A DNA stretch of 62,971 nt, the filler included, from Hyphochytrium catenoides (taxonomy: Eukaryota; Protista; Hyphochytriomycota), in NCBI GenBank assembly GCA_900088475.1. It is 15 parts of 15 records of this genome, joined end to end, with 100 filler letters (N's around TTAATTAATTAA, not from the genome) between each part and the next. Parts side by side here need not be neighbours in the genome. Positions count along the whole stretch, not along the records: positions 8,967 to 15,596 come from FLMG01000717.1; positions 15,697 to 17,558 come from FLMG01003183.1; positions 17,659 to 18,943 come from FLMG01003593.1; positions 19,044 to 22,024 come from FLMG01004088.1; positions 22,125 to 23,234 come from FLMG01003292.1; positions 23,335 to 24,731 come from FLMG01000563.1; positions 24,832 to 29,146 come from FLMG01002324.1; 8 more parts are not named here. The stretch is one strand, 5' to 3'. Positions 13,664 through 25,242 of the stretch are shown piece after piece. The notes beneath the pieces are model-generated. The model had not been told where the DNA came from, did no database searches, and saw only the letters and a list, made by a program, of their open reading frames with translations. Numbering within the stretch: position 1 is the first letter of the stretch; each line of letters starts with the position of its first letter. The position numbers were made by a program, and so were the translations under genes.

Positions 13664-15596
13664 TCATCTTCGTCTAACTCTTGCAGCAGCCGACAGGTCT
13701 GACGCGCTGACAATCCTGGCTAATGTATCGGGCTGTATGGCGGTATGGTGAGGATCTGGGTCTTCGACTAGAGACTTTCGAAATACTTCCAGAAGGAAGT
13801 TTGTCTGGCTATGAATCTCCAGAATAGCTGAAATGAAGTTTACACAGACCTGGAAGCAGGTTATTCAGTAAGCATAGAAAGCTTGAACGGTCTAAGTGGC
13901 TGAGGGTTCGCAGAGGCAGAGCCAAACCATATACAAGGGCTAAGAGGCCGGCGATCACGAAGACAGTGAGCGGAGTGAGAGCCTTACAATATCGGACCAC
14001 GTAGCTCCGAATGGCAGAAACCCTTGATACCAGGCCACATGGCCCCCTCTACAGCCAAGGAGGTGAAGACGGTTATGGGGTAGTGAGCTCCGAAACAAGC
14101 TAAGGATCTAGAAGCTCCGAAACAAGCTAAGGATCTAGAAGCTCACACAGCAAGGCAAATGGGATAGAAGGAAAGCGGCAAAAGTAAAGAAGGTTCTGAG
14201 GCGAGAAGCGAGCTAACTAGAGGATGCCAGAGGCAGATAAGCACCCACAATGAAAAGCTAGTGACACAAAGGAAGAGATGAAAGGGGACACCTCCACAAG
14301 ACGAGCACTGACCTTCTGGTGTGGACCTGTATGATGTTCTTGTTCTGGAGCATTGAGTCCCAGTCCACGTGCTCGCCTGACACAATCGGATCATCTCCGG
14401 CATGAAGCACCAGCGTCGTCACTTGGATCTAGAGTGAAGGGCATATCGCAGAGCACATGAGGCGGACAACAAAGTTGAGCAAGGCAGGTAGTATCCAGGG
14501 AATGACAGAGAGTAGGACCCCAAGTCAACTAGGTCGGGGACGATAATGTTGAAGAAAGGCCGCCTGAACAAGGGTGCACCCCGCGCTTGCCCAAAAGGGT
14601 GTTGCCCAGCGTTAAGTACGACAGAAGAGAGCATCGAAGCTGCTTGGTGGTTACAACTAAAGGAAGTAAGGGAAGTTTTCGGCAGAGGTCAGGTAAAGAA
14701 GAGGTAAAGAAGAGGTCAGGTCAAATCTTTGGGGGACCAACCTTGTCCATCATAGTAGCCGCAGGCCTACTGAAGTGCTCTGCCGTGGCACTTCGATATT
14801 GGTATTTCTGGCCCATCCTTTGGTGCATATCATGGTTTTTGTAGGTGTAAGATGGAAGCGCCCATAGGAATCGGTCGTACACAACCAGAGGGTCAGTCTC
14901 AGACGTAACCCATTTTCTGACAGCTGCAGGATCGATGCTCTTGTCGACTGGACCAGAAGTTGCACAGAAGACGTTATCAAGTCAAGGTTCTTAGCGGAGC
15001 TATCAGAGGTAGCGAAGACAAGGCACGGATTACAGATATAGAGCGTTTGAAGTTGTATACGGGAGACCGAGGTCAAGGAAGAAAGATAGCGAACAGCAGA
15101 CAAAGAGATAAGTAGAGGACGCTCATAAGTTCGCCATCGGTGCTCAAATGTGTACCAGGAAAGGCACCATGACCCACTCGCCTAACAAAGCACTGAAGTA
15201 GGAGACATATGGCTAAACCCCCTCTTACCGGCTAGATGCCGACGCACGCACACCTAAAGCAATAGTGAAGTGTGGCGATTGTTAGAGCTCAGGGATCAAA
15301 AGAAAGTGACGGAGTGAAGAAGGATTGAGACGTACTCAAAAACTCCACACTGACTAACGCAAAGACAAAGGCGTAGGCAGGACAGCAAAAGTACATTATC
15401 TGGAAAAGTTGAGGCGAAGTATTAAATTTATGATTGGAGAGTTTACCTTGGTCTGGGCTGCTAAAAAGAGCTAGTCGCGTGCAGGGATGCAGGCCAATGG
15501 TAGGGCAGGGAAAAAAGGAAAAACCACCATTACACGTTAGCTTACGGTCGGGGGCATAAGAGGGTAGTCAAGTGCACCTTGTATGTGATATTCTCG
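13664..15596 (-). CDS. ABHD1/3 / YheT-family alpha/beta hydrolase, 3' portion
   Basis: Spliced peptide IQVTTLVLHAGDDPIVSGEHVDWDSMLQNKNIIQVHTR|RGGHVAWYQGFLPFGATWSDI|VCVNFISAILE...VRRR* carries the catalytic Asp (A.DDP) and His (GGH) motifs of the family. Upstream exon boundaries are uncertain. Confidence 0.8.
14086..14144 (+). repeat. Perfect 27-bp tandem duplication in an intron
   Basis: agctccgaaacaagctaaggatctaga x2, followed by agctc. Confidence 0.9.
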
Positions 15597-15696
15597 NNNN
15601 NNNNNNNNNNNNNNNNNNNNNNNNNNNNNNNNNNNNNNNNTTAATTAATTAANNNNNNNNNNNNNNNNNNNNNNNNNNNNNNNNNNNNNNNNNNNN

Positions 15697-17558
15697 GCGC
15701 AGATCTTCTTCTGTGTCCTTGGAGCTGTTACAGATCCCAGTCCGGGTGTAATACATAAGGTCGCTTCGGAGAGTTCTGTGAAGAGGCTCTACCTCTTCCA
15801 TCTAACAAGGAGACAGAGAGCGATCGACAGTGGGCACAAATGAGTAGACGCTGGAGCAACTAGGCCAGATGGGATCACAGTAAAAGAGCACAACGCGTCA
15901 GAAGGCGGCCCAGTTGCTGAAGGACTCAATGGAGTTCAGTTAGATTGAAGACTCTTTGGCGCCTACCTTGACACTAAACCTCTCTGAAGAGATCAGGAAC
16001 ATGACGACATTGATCACAGGATGGAGGGCGAGAAAGATAGCGAAGGCAACCTGCAGCTTCTTTGATGCAAAGTGGCGCTGGTAGTCTGCATAATAGAGGG
16101 CGCCGAAGCAGGTGCCGGAGAGTCCAAAGGCCAGAAGAAAGCGGAGGTGGTGCAGGACGACTCTTCTCTTGTTCCTGTGGGTGAAGTCGCGCTGTCGTCG
16201 TAACAGCTTGAAGCTAAACAGAAAGGGGTCGGTTAACAGGGATATGTAGTGAGCCGATTTTATTTCGAGGCCAATTGGCTTTAAAGAGATCAGCGAGTAT
16301 TCCAGTCAGCTCGGGAAGTCTCCATGCCAAACGATACACTTTTATTTTTCTAGCTTAGATAAGCTGAAAACATTCAGCAATAGAATATAACGCACGAAGC
16401 AGATACGAGCGCGGCATTAGGATCAAGATTCGACACGCACCTGGCAATCATAAGCACCACCACGGAGACAGCAAAGGCCACGATAGCAGGCCAAAAGAAC
16501 ATATCCCAGTTGAAGGGATTTATACTCCGGTAGGACGCCGTCCGATGGATCCAACAAATATTTATTGAGTTTAGACCATAGGCATCAGCGTTATAGAGAA
16601 AGATTGCTGACCCCAAACTCAAGCTCCACGCACTACATGGTAGAGGACGGATTCAGCGAGTTAACAGTGCAATATAAATGGTAAGAGATAGGCTTGGGAG
16701 GGGAGAAAAGGAAGGCTTCGCGTTATAGACTGCCAAAGAGGTCAAGGAAGTAGCAGAAGGGCCTTATTGAGACGTGCGCCAGGACAGAAAGCGGACAAAG
16801 CGAAGAACAAGCTACCAGAGCTAGAGAAAGCAGAGAGAGAGAAGAAGGCAGCCATGAAGCGAGAGTTTGACCAATAACGCTACCAAATGTGATAAAGGAA
16901 GGTCCTCATTCCGGCGGGTATATAAGGATTGATGATCACCACCAACAGATCGAGGGAGAGCATCAAGTACCATACAATCAAGCCTGTGATGAAGAACTGC
17001 ATTCCCGGCAAGAAGCAACAGCATGAACTGTTCAGTCACGGCAAAGTTATGAGAGAAAGCAAGACCTTAAGAGTCGGAGGAAGTGTAAGAAAGACAGGAA
17101 CTGGGCTAACGAGGGCCGATATAAGAGAAGCTGAAAAGCAGGCAATACGTGGACCAGACCGACGTTGTACCCGGAAAGAAGAGCTCACCTGATTGTAGAT
17201 TGCCGCGATATCACATACCCTCGACCCCACCTGATGACCGATGAAGCGTGTGCCAATGACCTACGTAGTCCCGGTCAGCAGCGATCAGATCTGATCCTCA
17301 AAATAATGGCAAGCATAGGAGGTCCGGCCAGGGTAGTTGGACAAGGGCGGCATAAGGAAGTGGAACAAGAAGTTCACATAAAGAGTGTGGACAGCAAATA
17401 CGTTCAGTGGATACGTACTGCACCGATGTAGGTCCAGATAAAGCCTGCGTAGAACATCATGTGGCACAGCAGGTGCCAATAGATCTGAGTCAGAGCACTT
17501 CCTATCCTCTTCAATGAAGCGGATCTGCTCAGAAAGAGCGGGGTGTAGACACAGGTCC
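15697..17558 (-). CDS. 7TM receptor (cAMP-receptor-like) with post-TM7 LR(x)9GI motif; probable GPCR-PIPK, truncated at both ends
   Basis: Exons give LCHMMFYAGFIWTYIGA|VIGTRF...VCDIAAIYNQ|FFITGLIVWYLMLSLDLLVVIINPY...FLYHIW|...YGLNSINICWI...MFFWPAIVAFAVSVVVLMIA|...FLLAFGLSGTCFGALYY...VAFAIFLALHPVINVVMFLISSERFSVK|MEEVEPLHRTLRSDLMYYTRTGI. The TM3 Cys and ECL2 CWI motif are present. Confidence 0.8.
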
Positions 17559-17799
17559 NNNNNNNNNNNNNNNNNNNNNNNNNNNNNNNNNNNNNNNNNN
17601 NNTTAATTAATTAANNNNNNNNNNNNNNNNNNNNNNNNNNNNNNNNNNNNNNNNNNNNTTTGCATACTTAGGCTTTATAGGACTTAGGGATCATTAGTTC
17701 ATTGAGCTGTGCTCGAGCTCATAATCTTTATTTAAAAATCTCATTCTGCTATTTGCACCACAACGAAGAAGAGCTTCCAATCAACTCTGCCATCTCATC

Positions 17800-18838
17800 A
17801 CGAAGCGGGTAAGGAAGCGTAGCGGTTAAGGCAGCGGATTTGGAATGGGGCAGCGGGTTAGGGATAAGGGCGAGGGATGGGGCACCGGATTAATTTAAGA
17901 TAGGGAGCCGGTTAGGGATAGGCAGCGGATTACTTTAAGATAGGGAGCGGGTTAGCGATAGGCAGCGGATTAGGGCTTAGATTACTTTAAGATAGGGAGC
18001 GGGTTAGCGATAGGCAGCGGATTAGGGCAGCGGGCTAGGAAGCGGGTAAGGAAGGGTAGCGGGTTCAAGATAAGGCAGCGGATTTGGGAAGGGGCAGCGG
18101 ACAGCAGGTAAGAAAGGGTAGCGTGTAATTGGATAAGGTAACGGATTTGGGATGGGGCAGCGGGATAGTATAAGATACGTAGCGGGTTAGGGATAGGCAG
18201 CGCGTTACGGTTGGGTAGGCAGAGGTAATGGCAGCGGGTTAGGGAAGCGCGTTAGGGCAGCGGGTTATGCAGCGGGTAAGAAAAGGTAGCCGGTTAGGGA
18301 TAAGGCAGCGGATTTGGGAAGGGGCAGCGGATTAGTTAAGATAGGGAGCGAGTTAGGGATAGGCAGCGGATTAGGGTAGGATAGGCAGCAGGTTAGGGCA
18401 GTGGGTTAGGCAGCGGTTAAGAAAGGGTGGCATGTAATTGGATAAGGCAGCGGATTTGGGATGGGGCTTAATTAGATAAGGCAGCGGATTTGGGATGGGG
18501 CAGCAGGGATGGTATAAGATAGGTAGCGGTTTAGGGATAGGCAGCGGGTTACGGTTGGATAGGCAGCGTGTCGGGTTAGCGAAGGCAACCGCTGCTGGAT
18601 TAGAAAACAGCTTAACCGCTGGTGACCAAGGGTTATAGAATGGTTGCGGGTTAGTGAAGGGCAACCGCTGCGGGATGAAAAAACAGCTTAACCGCTGCGA
18701 GATAGGAAAGCAGTTTATTAGCAGAAAGAAAGCAGCGATAAGGAGAACGGCAGAGGGTTAGATTTAGGGCAGGAGGCTAACGGTTAGATTTAGAGCAGCG
18801 GTTTAGGGCAGTGGGGTATCGCAGCAATACGGCAGCAG
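17800..18838 (+). repeat. Subtelomeric G-rich degenerate satellite
   Basis: Dozens of variants of gcagcgg(g/a)tta(ggg), ggatttggg(a/t)gggg and taagataggg sit directly inside the telomere tract. A near-perfect ~48-bp duplication lies at ~17928-18027. Confidence 0.9.
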
Positions 18839-18857
18839 TTTAGGGTTAGGGTTAGGG

Positions 18858-18917
<60 letters not shown>

Positions 18918-18943
18918 GGTTAGGGTTAGGGTTAGGGTTAGGG
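18839..18943 (+). repeat. Telomere tract: 14 x TTAGGG and 3 x TTTAGGG
   Basis: The G-strand runs 5'->3' to the scaffold end, the orientation expected at a real chromosome end. Confidence 0.95.
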
Positions 18944-20457
18944 NNNNNNNNNNNNNNNNNNNNNNNNNNNNNNNNNNNNNNNNNNNNTTAATTAATTAAN
19001 NNNNNNNNNNNNNNNNNNNNNNNNNNNNNNNNNNNNNNNNNNNGACTGTATCCTGAGGTAAATTGCTGTGCAGGTGTCGGATATTAAAGAAAAAAACGAG
19101 CGAGTCAGCAGATTGTACTTTTACTGCGTAGGCGCTTGTTACTAGGGCTCTACATGGTGGGTCCTAGTTTGGCAGATGACTGCGCCGAAACATATCTGAT
19201 GACTTTGGTCGGAGGAGTACGTCTGGGACCCTCTGGCGTTGCTTCGCATGCAGTATGCCATCATCCATGACCATTCCAAGGTCTATCGGCCATCAACAAT
19301 CAATCTCACTTGCAGTTTTGCATTGAACTTGCTAGGTGTGATACATTTGGGCATTGTATGCTGGCTCTGTTCCTACCATTGTGTGGCTGATCGTCGACTT
19401 TGACCAGAGAAGCGGTTTGATGAGTGGATATCGCTGTCTCAGATAGGGCCATCAGGATCCTTCATGCCTTCTTGACGATGAAAGACGACTTCGAATAGAG
19501 GAGCAACCGAAGGATGAGGTCATTAGAATATCCGACGTCCGTTAAACAAGAGATACAACGTTCAACAAACTACACTCGAAGGATGGAAACACTGGCTCTC
19601 TTGTCCTCCTAGGTCACTACTTTCTTAGTGGTCCAACGCCGGACTTCCTCTGTGATCCACCAGCAACTCAACAGCGCCATAACGCTCGCGATGATGCCCG
19701 TTCTCCATCCCGCTGTCCTCCTTACGCCCTTCCTCTGCCCGCCGCCCGCAGTCCTAGCAGACATGTACGACTGTACGATGACCAGCCAGTAGCCCAACAG
19801 TGCAGTGTTGGGAGGAATAACAACAGCAGCAATTCATAGGCTTTTTTCCATAAAGTTTAGTCTTCTTTACCTCACTTGCTCTGATGAGCCTTTCTTCGGT
19901 TCGTTACATCCTCTTCAAAGGTAGCCGTTCAGATAGGCGTTTGATGCGCTCTCGACAGGATCTTGAGATGGATCTGGTGCGCTTTTCTGATGCTCCTGGT
20001 GCTTGGCGTTCTCCAAAAGTTTAAAGCGGGAGATGAGGAAAGAGGAGAGAGCATTGTTCCCCGAGAAGAAGTGATCGAGTGACACAGTGCAAGAGTACGA
20101 GTAGGAAGCCAGCGTCTCTCTCCCCTACTGGCCCTCCGGTTGTGATCAGTGAGATCACGGCACAAGATTGCGTGCCGTCTCTTAGAGGAGCTAGCCCTGT
20201 TTGACCGTGGCGGCACAGCAAACGCAACGATACTCTGGTTCTATATACGATAGACTGACACCAGCAGAGAATCAGGAGACAGGAAGCTGTAGGTCAACCT
20301 AATAGGACTATTCGGCGGTGAGTGGCAGGAAGAGCGACAGACGCCCCCAGGCGCGACAGAGGTTCTCAGGACACCATGCACTTAAAACTTGCCAATACCC
20401 CTATCATCGTCGAGTACTAATCATTTTGCTATCTTTTTCCTGACCATCAAGACAGAG

Positions 20458-22004
20458 ATGCAGAGCATCAGAAGAACTCTACTCCGCAGTGGCGGCGTAC
20501 CAAGGACAACCTCATGCTTCTCTTTGGCTAGCCAGCAGCCCCTACGCGCGGGTACCACCATACCGCAGTTATCATAACCCTGTGTCTGATTTTCTCACAC
20601 TTCTTTGTAGCTTCCTCGTCCGCAACCGGAGCAGCGCCCGACGCCTTTGCAAACCTGCGTGATCTTAAGTTCATGCTCCACGAGGTCTGAGGCATTTGCT
20701 TTCCTGTCCCTCAGCTCACAACTCACCACTTCGTTCGCGCTGACAGGTCTTAAATGTTGGGCAACTACTGAAGCATGACTACTACAAGGAGCATACGAAA
20801 GAGACCATTGATACAGCGCTGGAGACTGCTGTTACCATTGCCACGCAAAAGTTTGCTCCTCACAACCGGCTTAATGACATTCAGGAGCCCCAGTTCAATC
20901 CAAGCACCAACTCTGCTGTCGTCAACCAGGAGGTATCTTCCTGACCTGTCTCAGCATCGCTTCCATTCTACCATCTTTCCCTGTGCTTACAAATACGCGA
21001 TGCGGGAAGTCTTTCGTCTGCTGGTTGTGCCTCCCTTCGCCTCTCTATGTCGAGAGTGCCCCTTTCCGGATGGCACTTGATTCTTCGCCTCGATTGGCAT
21101 GCTTATCACGAGGGTGTGCCCTTCCGCTCTTTCCATGTCTGCGAATCCGTACGGACAGTCTTGGGTTTCGCGGTGTCATTTTTAGAGTTATGCGGGTACT
21201 ATAGCTGTTGCTGTCACCCTTCCCACTTTATCCTCTTCTCTAGGTCCAGGAGGCCCTCAAGGACTATTTTGAAGCTGGATTTGGTGCTGTTGGGTTTGAC
21301 CACGAAGTTGGCGGGATGCAGTTCCCCCTGACTGTCACCAATGCGTTGTTCCTTCCTTTCTTTGCTGCGAATGTGGGAACTACGGCCTATGCCCTACTAA
21401 CTGCGGCAGCTGGAAATCTCTTGAGGTAGGCCTATGCCTTAGACTTGTGGTTCTAGAGTGTCGGAAGATAGGTAAAGAGTAATAGATACGTGAGAAGCAG
21501 CGATGCTGATCTAGAAGAGGTTGTGCACCTAACTGAAGTTTGCCTCCTACGTCTCTGCGCACATAACGACACACCCTCTTGTCTCTAGAGTCTATGCCAA
21601 ACCTTCACAGCAAGAGATGTATCTGAAGCCGATGCTAGAAGGAAGATTCTTTGGCACGATGAACCTCTCAGAACCTCATGCTGGAAGCTCACTTGGTAAA
21701 GGATACTTGTCTCTCCTCTCTGAGTCTCTTGGGTCTTAAGAAGCTTCGGACGACGGGACCTCTTGTCTAGCCCTCATGGCTTCTCTCTCTCGTTTGGACC
21801 TCTTTTTGGAGATTCTGTATCTCCGTCACCTTGTACCTCTTAGATTTTGTCTATGAGGCTCCATTAACTAAGAAGCTTCCTGCAGGGGACATTAAGACTA
21901 AGGCCACTCCAATAGAGGGTGAAGAGGGCGCCTATCTGATCTCAGGAACCAAAATGTGGATCTCAGGCGGAGACCACGAGCTGTCTGAGAATATCATACA
22001 TTTG
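20458..22004 (+). CDS. Acyl-CoA dehydrogenase of the large bacterial-type (FadE5/DmdC-like) group with probable mitochondrial presequence; 3'-truncated
   Basis: Six exons: [19 protein letters not shown]...|...[11 protein letters not shown]|VLNV...[14 protein letters not shown]...|[13 protein letters not shown]...GGMQFP...[21 protein letters not shown]|VYA...[25 protein letters not shown]|GDIKTKA...[24 protein letters not shown]. Confidence 0.92.
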
Positions 22005-22281
22005 GTTAGCAACCACCACTCCTTNNNNNNNNNNNNNNNNNNNNNNNNNNNNNNNNNNNNNNNNNNNNTTAATTAATTAANNNNNNNNNNNNNNNNNNNN
22101 NNNNNNNNNNNNNNNNNNNNNNNNATTATCACTCTTTCTCCATCGCAGCAATAAATAGTAACTATAAAAGGTAAGAGCTACGTGAAAAAACTTGTGAACG
22201 ACGAGACGGACGGCTTAGAGGCTACCTTGAGAACGATCTAGGCGTCAGGCTAGCGAAGCCAATGATTAGAAGAGAAAGAGA

Positions 22282-23234
22282 TCAGGTAGAAAAGATAATA
22301 TAGAAAATGATAAAGATTAGAAGGATGAGCAAGAGAGTCAGGAGGAAAAGAGTAAGGCTGGTTGATGATCGACTAGCTTGCTGCTCTCTTAGTTCTTCTC
22401 GGTACTTCTGGGCCCAGTTCGGAGTGATATGAAGATCGGGTCGCAGCTCGTAAAGCTCTTTCTTCTGTGCTGGCGTCAACCTTCTTATCATTTTCTTCCG
22501 TTCTCCTTCGGAGTCGTTGGTCAACTCAGGATCTGACTCTGACTCTGCAAACTGAAGCTTTCTCTTTGACTTGCATGTCCCTTCTGCACTCTCTTCTCCA
22601 TACAAAGACTTGCTCCTGAGGGCTGGAGGCAGAGGGAGCTTGACCATTTGAACGACTTTCTCGCCGTTTGCCTCATGGCTGGCTGCCACAGCGATCTCTA
22701 GCTCCTCCTCTATGTCTCCCGGAGGAGATGTAGAGGAAGGAGAAAGGAGATGGTACTCCCCTGCCTTCTTTTCATTGAAAGAGCCAGAAACAGAGAACGA
22801 GAGGGACGAGAGCTTCTTCCTCAGAACCTCTAACGGTCCGTCGCCGCCCGTTGGCTTCAGATCTTGTCCTTTTTCCAACTCCTCTTCAGCTCGCAGCTCT
22901 CCTGCCAAGCAGAGAGCCTTGAGATGAGCCTGTTGGTGCGCTAGGCGAGAGGCGTGGGCAGAAAAGTGCGAAGGATGGTCATAGGGAAGGTTCCCGGAAC
23001 CTTCCAACTCTGGGTGTTCTCTTTCGCGGAATCCAGATGACGAAAACGTCTCCGTTTCCGTGACATCGACCTCTGGCTGCGCCAGAAGGCCCTTTGTCTC
23101 AGAGTCGTCGCTAATGTCAATTTCATGAAAGTCTTCAGGATTTAGAATGAGTCCCTTGCGAGCTGATGGGGATGCAGGATGACCGTAGCCCTCGATCCTG
23201 TCTCCACTGATGTCGGGCAGGGTGAGACCACCAC
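22282..23234 (-). CDS. Unknown tail-anchored membrane protein, C-terminal part
   Basis: The frame is open from the scaffold end (GGLTLPDISGDRIEG...) into the 241-aa ORF, about 316 codons in total. It is acidic/Ser-rich and ends in one hydrophobic helix, LTLFLLTLLLILLIFIIFYIIFST*. Confidence 0.75.
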
Positions 23235-23334
23235 NNNNNNNNNNNNNNNNNNNNNNNNNNNNNNNNNNNNNNNNNNNNTTAATTAATTAANNNNNNNNNN
23301 NNNNNNNNNNNNNNNNNNNNNNNNNNNNNNNNNN

Positions 23335-23549
23335 ATGCCAGCAAGAAGAAAGGCAGAGACTCCAAAGGCAATCCAGAAGCCCTGCCACACTCTGTACGGG
23401 CTGCGGATGCTTGGGAGGTCGCTGTAGAGAGTAGTGCAGCCAGGCGGAACGAAGGGATAGCTGCAATTGACTACTGAGACGTTGGCCTGGTCCATGGGAG
23501 AGAGAGAGTTGCTTTGCTGTGCAAAGGCGACAGAGCGCAGGCCCGTCAT
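23335..23549 (-). CDS. N-terminus of an unknown membrane protein
   Basis: The ATG-started, non-repetitive ORF MTGLRS...NCSYPFVPPGCTTLY...YRVWQGFWIAFGVSAFLLAG has a Cys pair followed by a TM-like helix and runs off the scaffold. Confidence 0.55.
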
Positions 23550-25029
23550 CCTTCTTGGGACGGCTGTTTTAGCTAAGTCTTTTCCTCGTTCTCTTCTCTA
23601 GAGGTGACCCATGAGAAGCAAAGCAGAAGCGGAGAGCGCTAGAGAGCCTCACTCCGCAGCCTGTCCTAGAGGCATCAACACAAATAATCTGCAGAAAGAG
23701 ATTTGATCATGAACTAACTTCAACGCGGCGCAGCTCTCTCTCTNNNNNNNNNNNNNNNNNNNNNNNNNNNNNNNNCTGGCTATAGAGCGGCTCTGGGTGT
23801 CGCTGAAGGAGCGAGGTGATGACGCATTGGCAGCATGAGTTGTGCCCTTGCCGCTTAGTAAGCTCGGTTGTCTCTCTCTCTCTCTGTCTCTTTGCATCCA
23901 GTCTGATGCTCTCTTGTGGCTTTGTGTGCCTGCCTCTCTCTCTGTCTGGCTGGCTCTCTCTTCTACCCTGCTGTCTGTCGCTCTTTTCCTTTCTCTCCTG
24001 TCACGATCTTCCATCTCCTTATTCATCAAATAATAGGAAGTTGCTAACACTTCTTTTCCTCCCGCCTATTGTGTCATCTCTCCCTCTCCCTCCCTCTCTC
24101 TCCCTCTTTGTCTCTGTAATCTGCCTCTCTCTCTCTCATCTCTCTCTCTAGTCTGTCTCTTTCTCTCGCTTTCCCTTTTTCTCTCTCTCTCTCTCCATTT
24201 TTTCCTCTCTCTCCCTTTCTCTCTCTCTCTCTCCCNNNNNNNNNNNNNNNNNNNNNNNNNNNNNNNNNNNNNTTGTGCATATAATGTACCCTGAGAAGGC
24301 GGGTGGGGAGCTCCATTGCAGCCATCTTCAATACCTTTTACGAGGATGAGGGTGAGATAGGCATTGTGGGTTTGCAGCGCCATGCTTGATCTTAGATGGC
24401 AGGCTCTAATCAACCTGCGTTTGATTCCTTCTATTCAACCCAAAATGCGGCACGAGACTCTGCTCTGAAGAGGGGTGGGAGGGGAAACCGGACGCTAACG
24501 GCTATACTAAAGGGAGGTTGAGGAGTGAAGGTAGGAAGACAGAGCGTATTGAGGTGTGAGTCAGAATGTGCATGAGATACTTCGTGGCTAATATTATACA
24601 GGCTGAAATGGGATGTGGTAATAAAAAGAGGTATTCTGAGAGACACTCTTTAGGGCAGAGATACTCTCTTAGGTCGTTTGGCTTCTCAGAAAAGGAAAAG
24701 GACAGCACAGAGAGAGAGAGAGAGAGAGAGANNNNNNNNNNNNNNNNNNNNNNNNNNNNNNNNNNNNNNNNNNNNTTAATTAATTAANNNNNNNNNNNNN
24801 NNNNNNNNNNNNNNNNNNNNNNNNNNNNNNNAACCCTTCTCTCGTGACGAGCTTGTGATGCAGGACGGAGGCAGAAAGTGGTGCTGCTTTCCTGTGTGGA
24901 GGAGGAGCGTGGGTCCTCGCTGAGAGACAGACACAGCAGCAGAAAGCAGTGTCTGAAAGAGCGGGGGAGAGAGGGACAATCTGGTGTGAGAAAAGGAGGA
25001 GGTAGAGAGAGAAAGCAACAGAGGGAAAG

Positions 25030-25066
<37 letters not shown>

Positions 25067-25189
25067 TAGACGACTTACTAGCGGTTAGCGGCTCTCTTGT
25101 GCCTTCTCCTTCCTCCTAGGACGTCCTTCATGATGGTCCTCGTATCTGTAGCGAAAGGAGAAAAAAGACCTGTTGTTGCACTGGTGGGG

Positions 25190-25242
<53 letters not shown>

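Noticed and set aside
14657-14770. Possible GC-AG intron in the ABHD gene
   Set aside because: A GT donor at 14770 with a slightly downstream AG also keeps the frame, so it cannot be decided without cDNA.
18371-18664. Pro-rich ORF NPLPIP...
   Set aside because: It is the C-strand translation of the subtelomeric satellite.
19044-20300. Possible gene upstream of the acyl-CoA dehydrogenase
   Set aside because: All frames I tried are interrupted and no motif was recognised.
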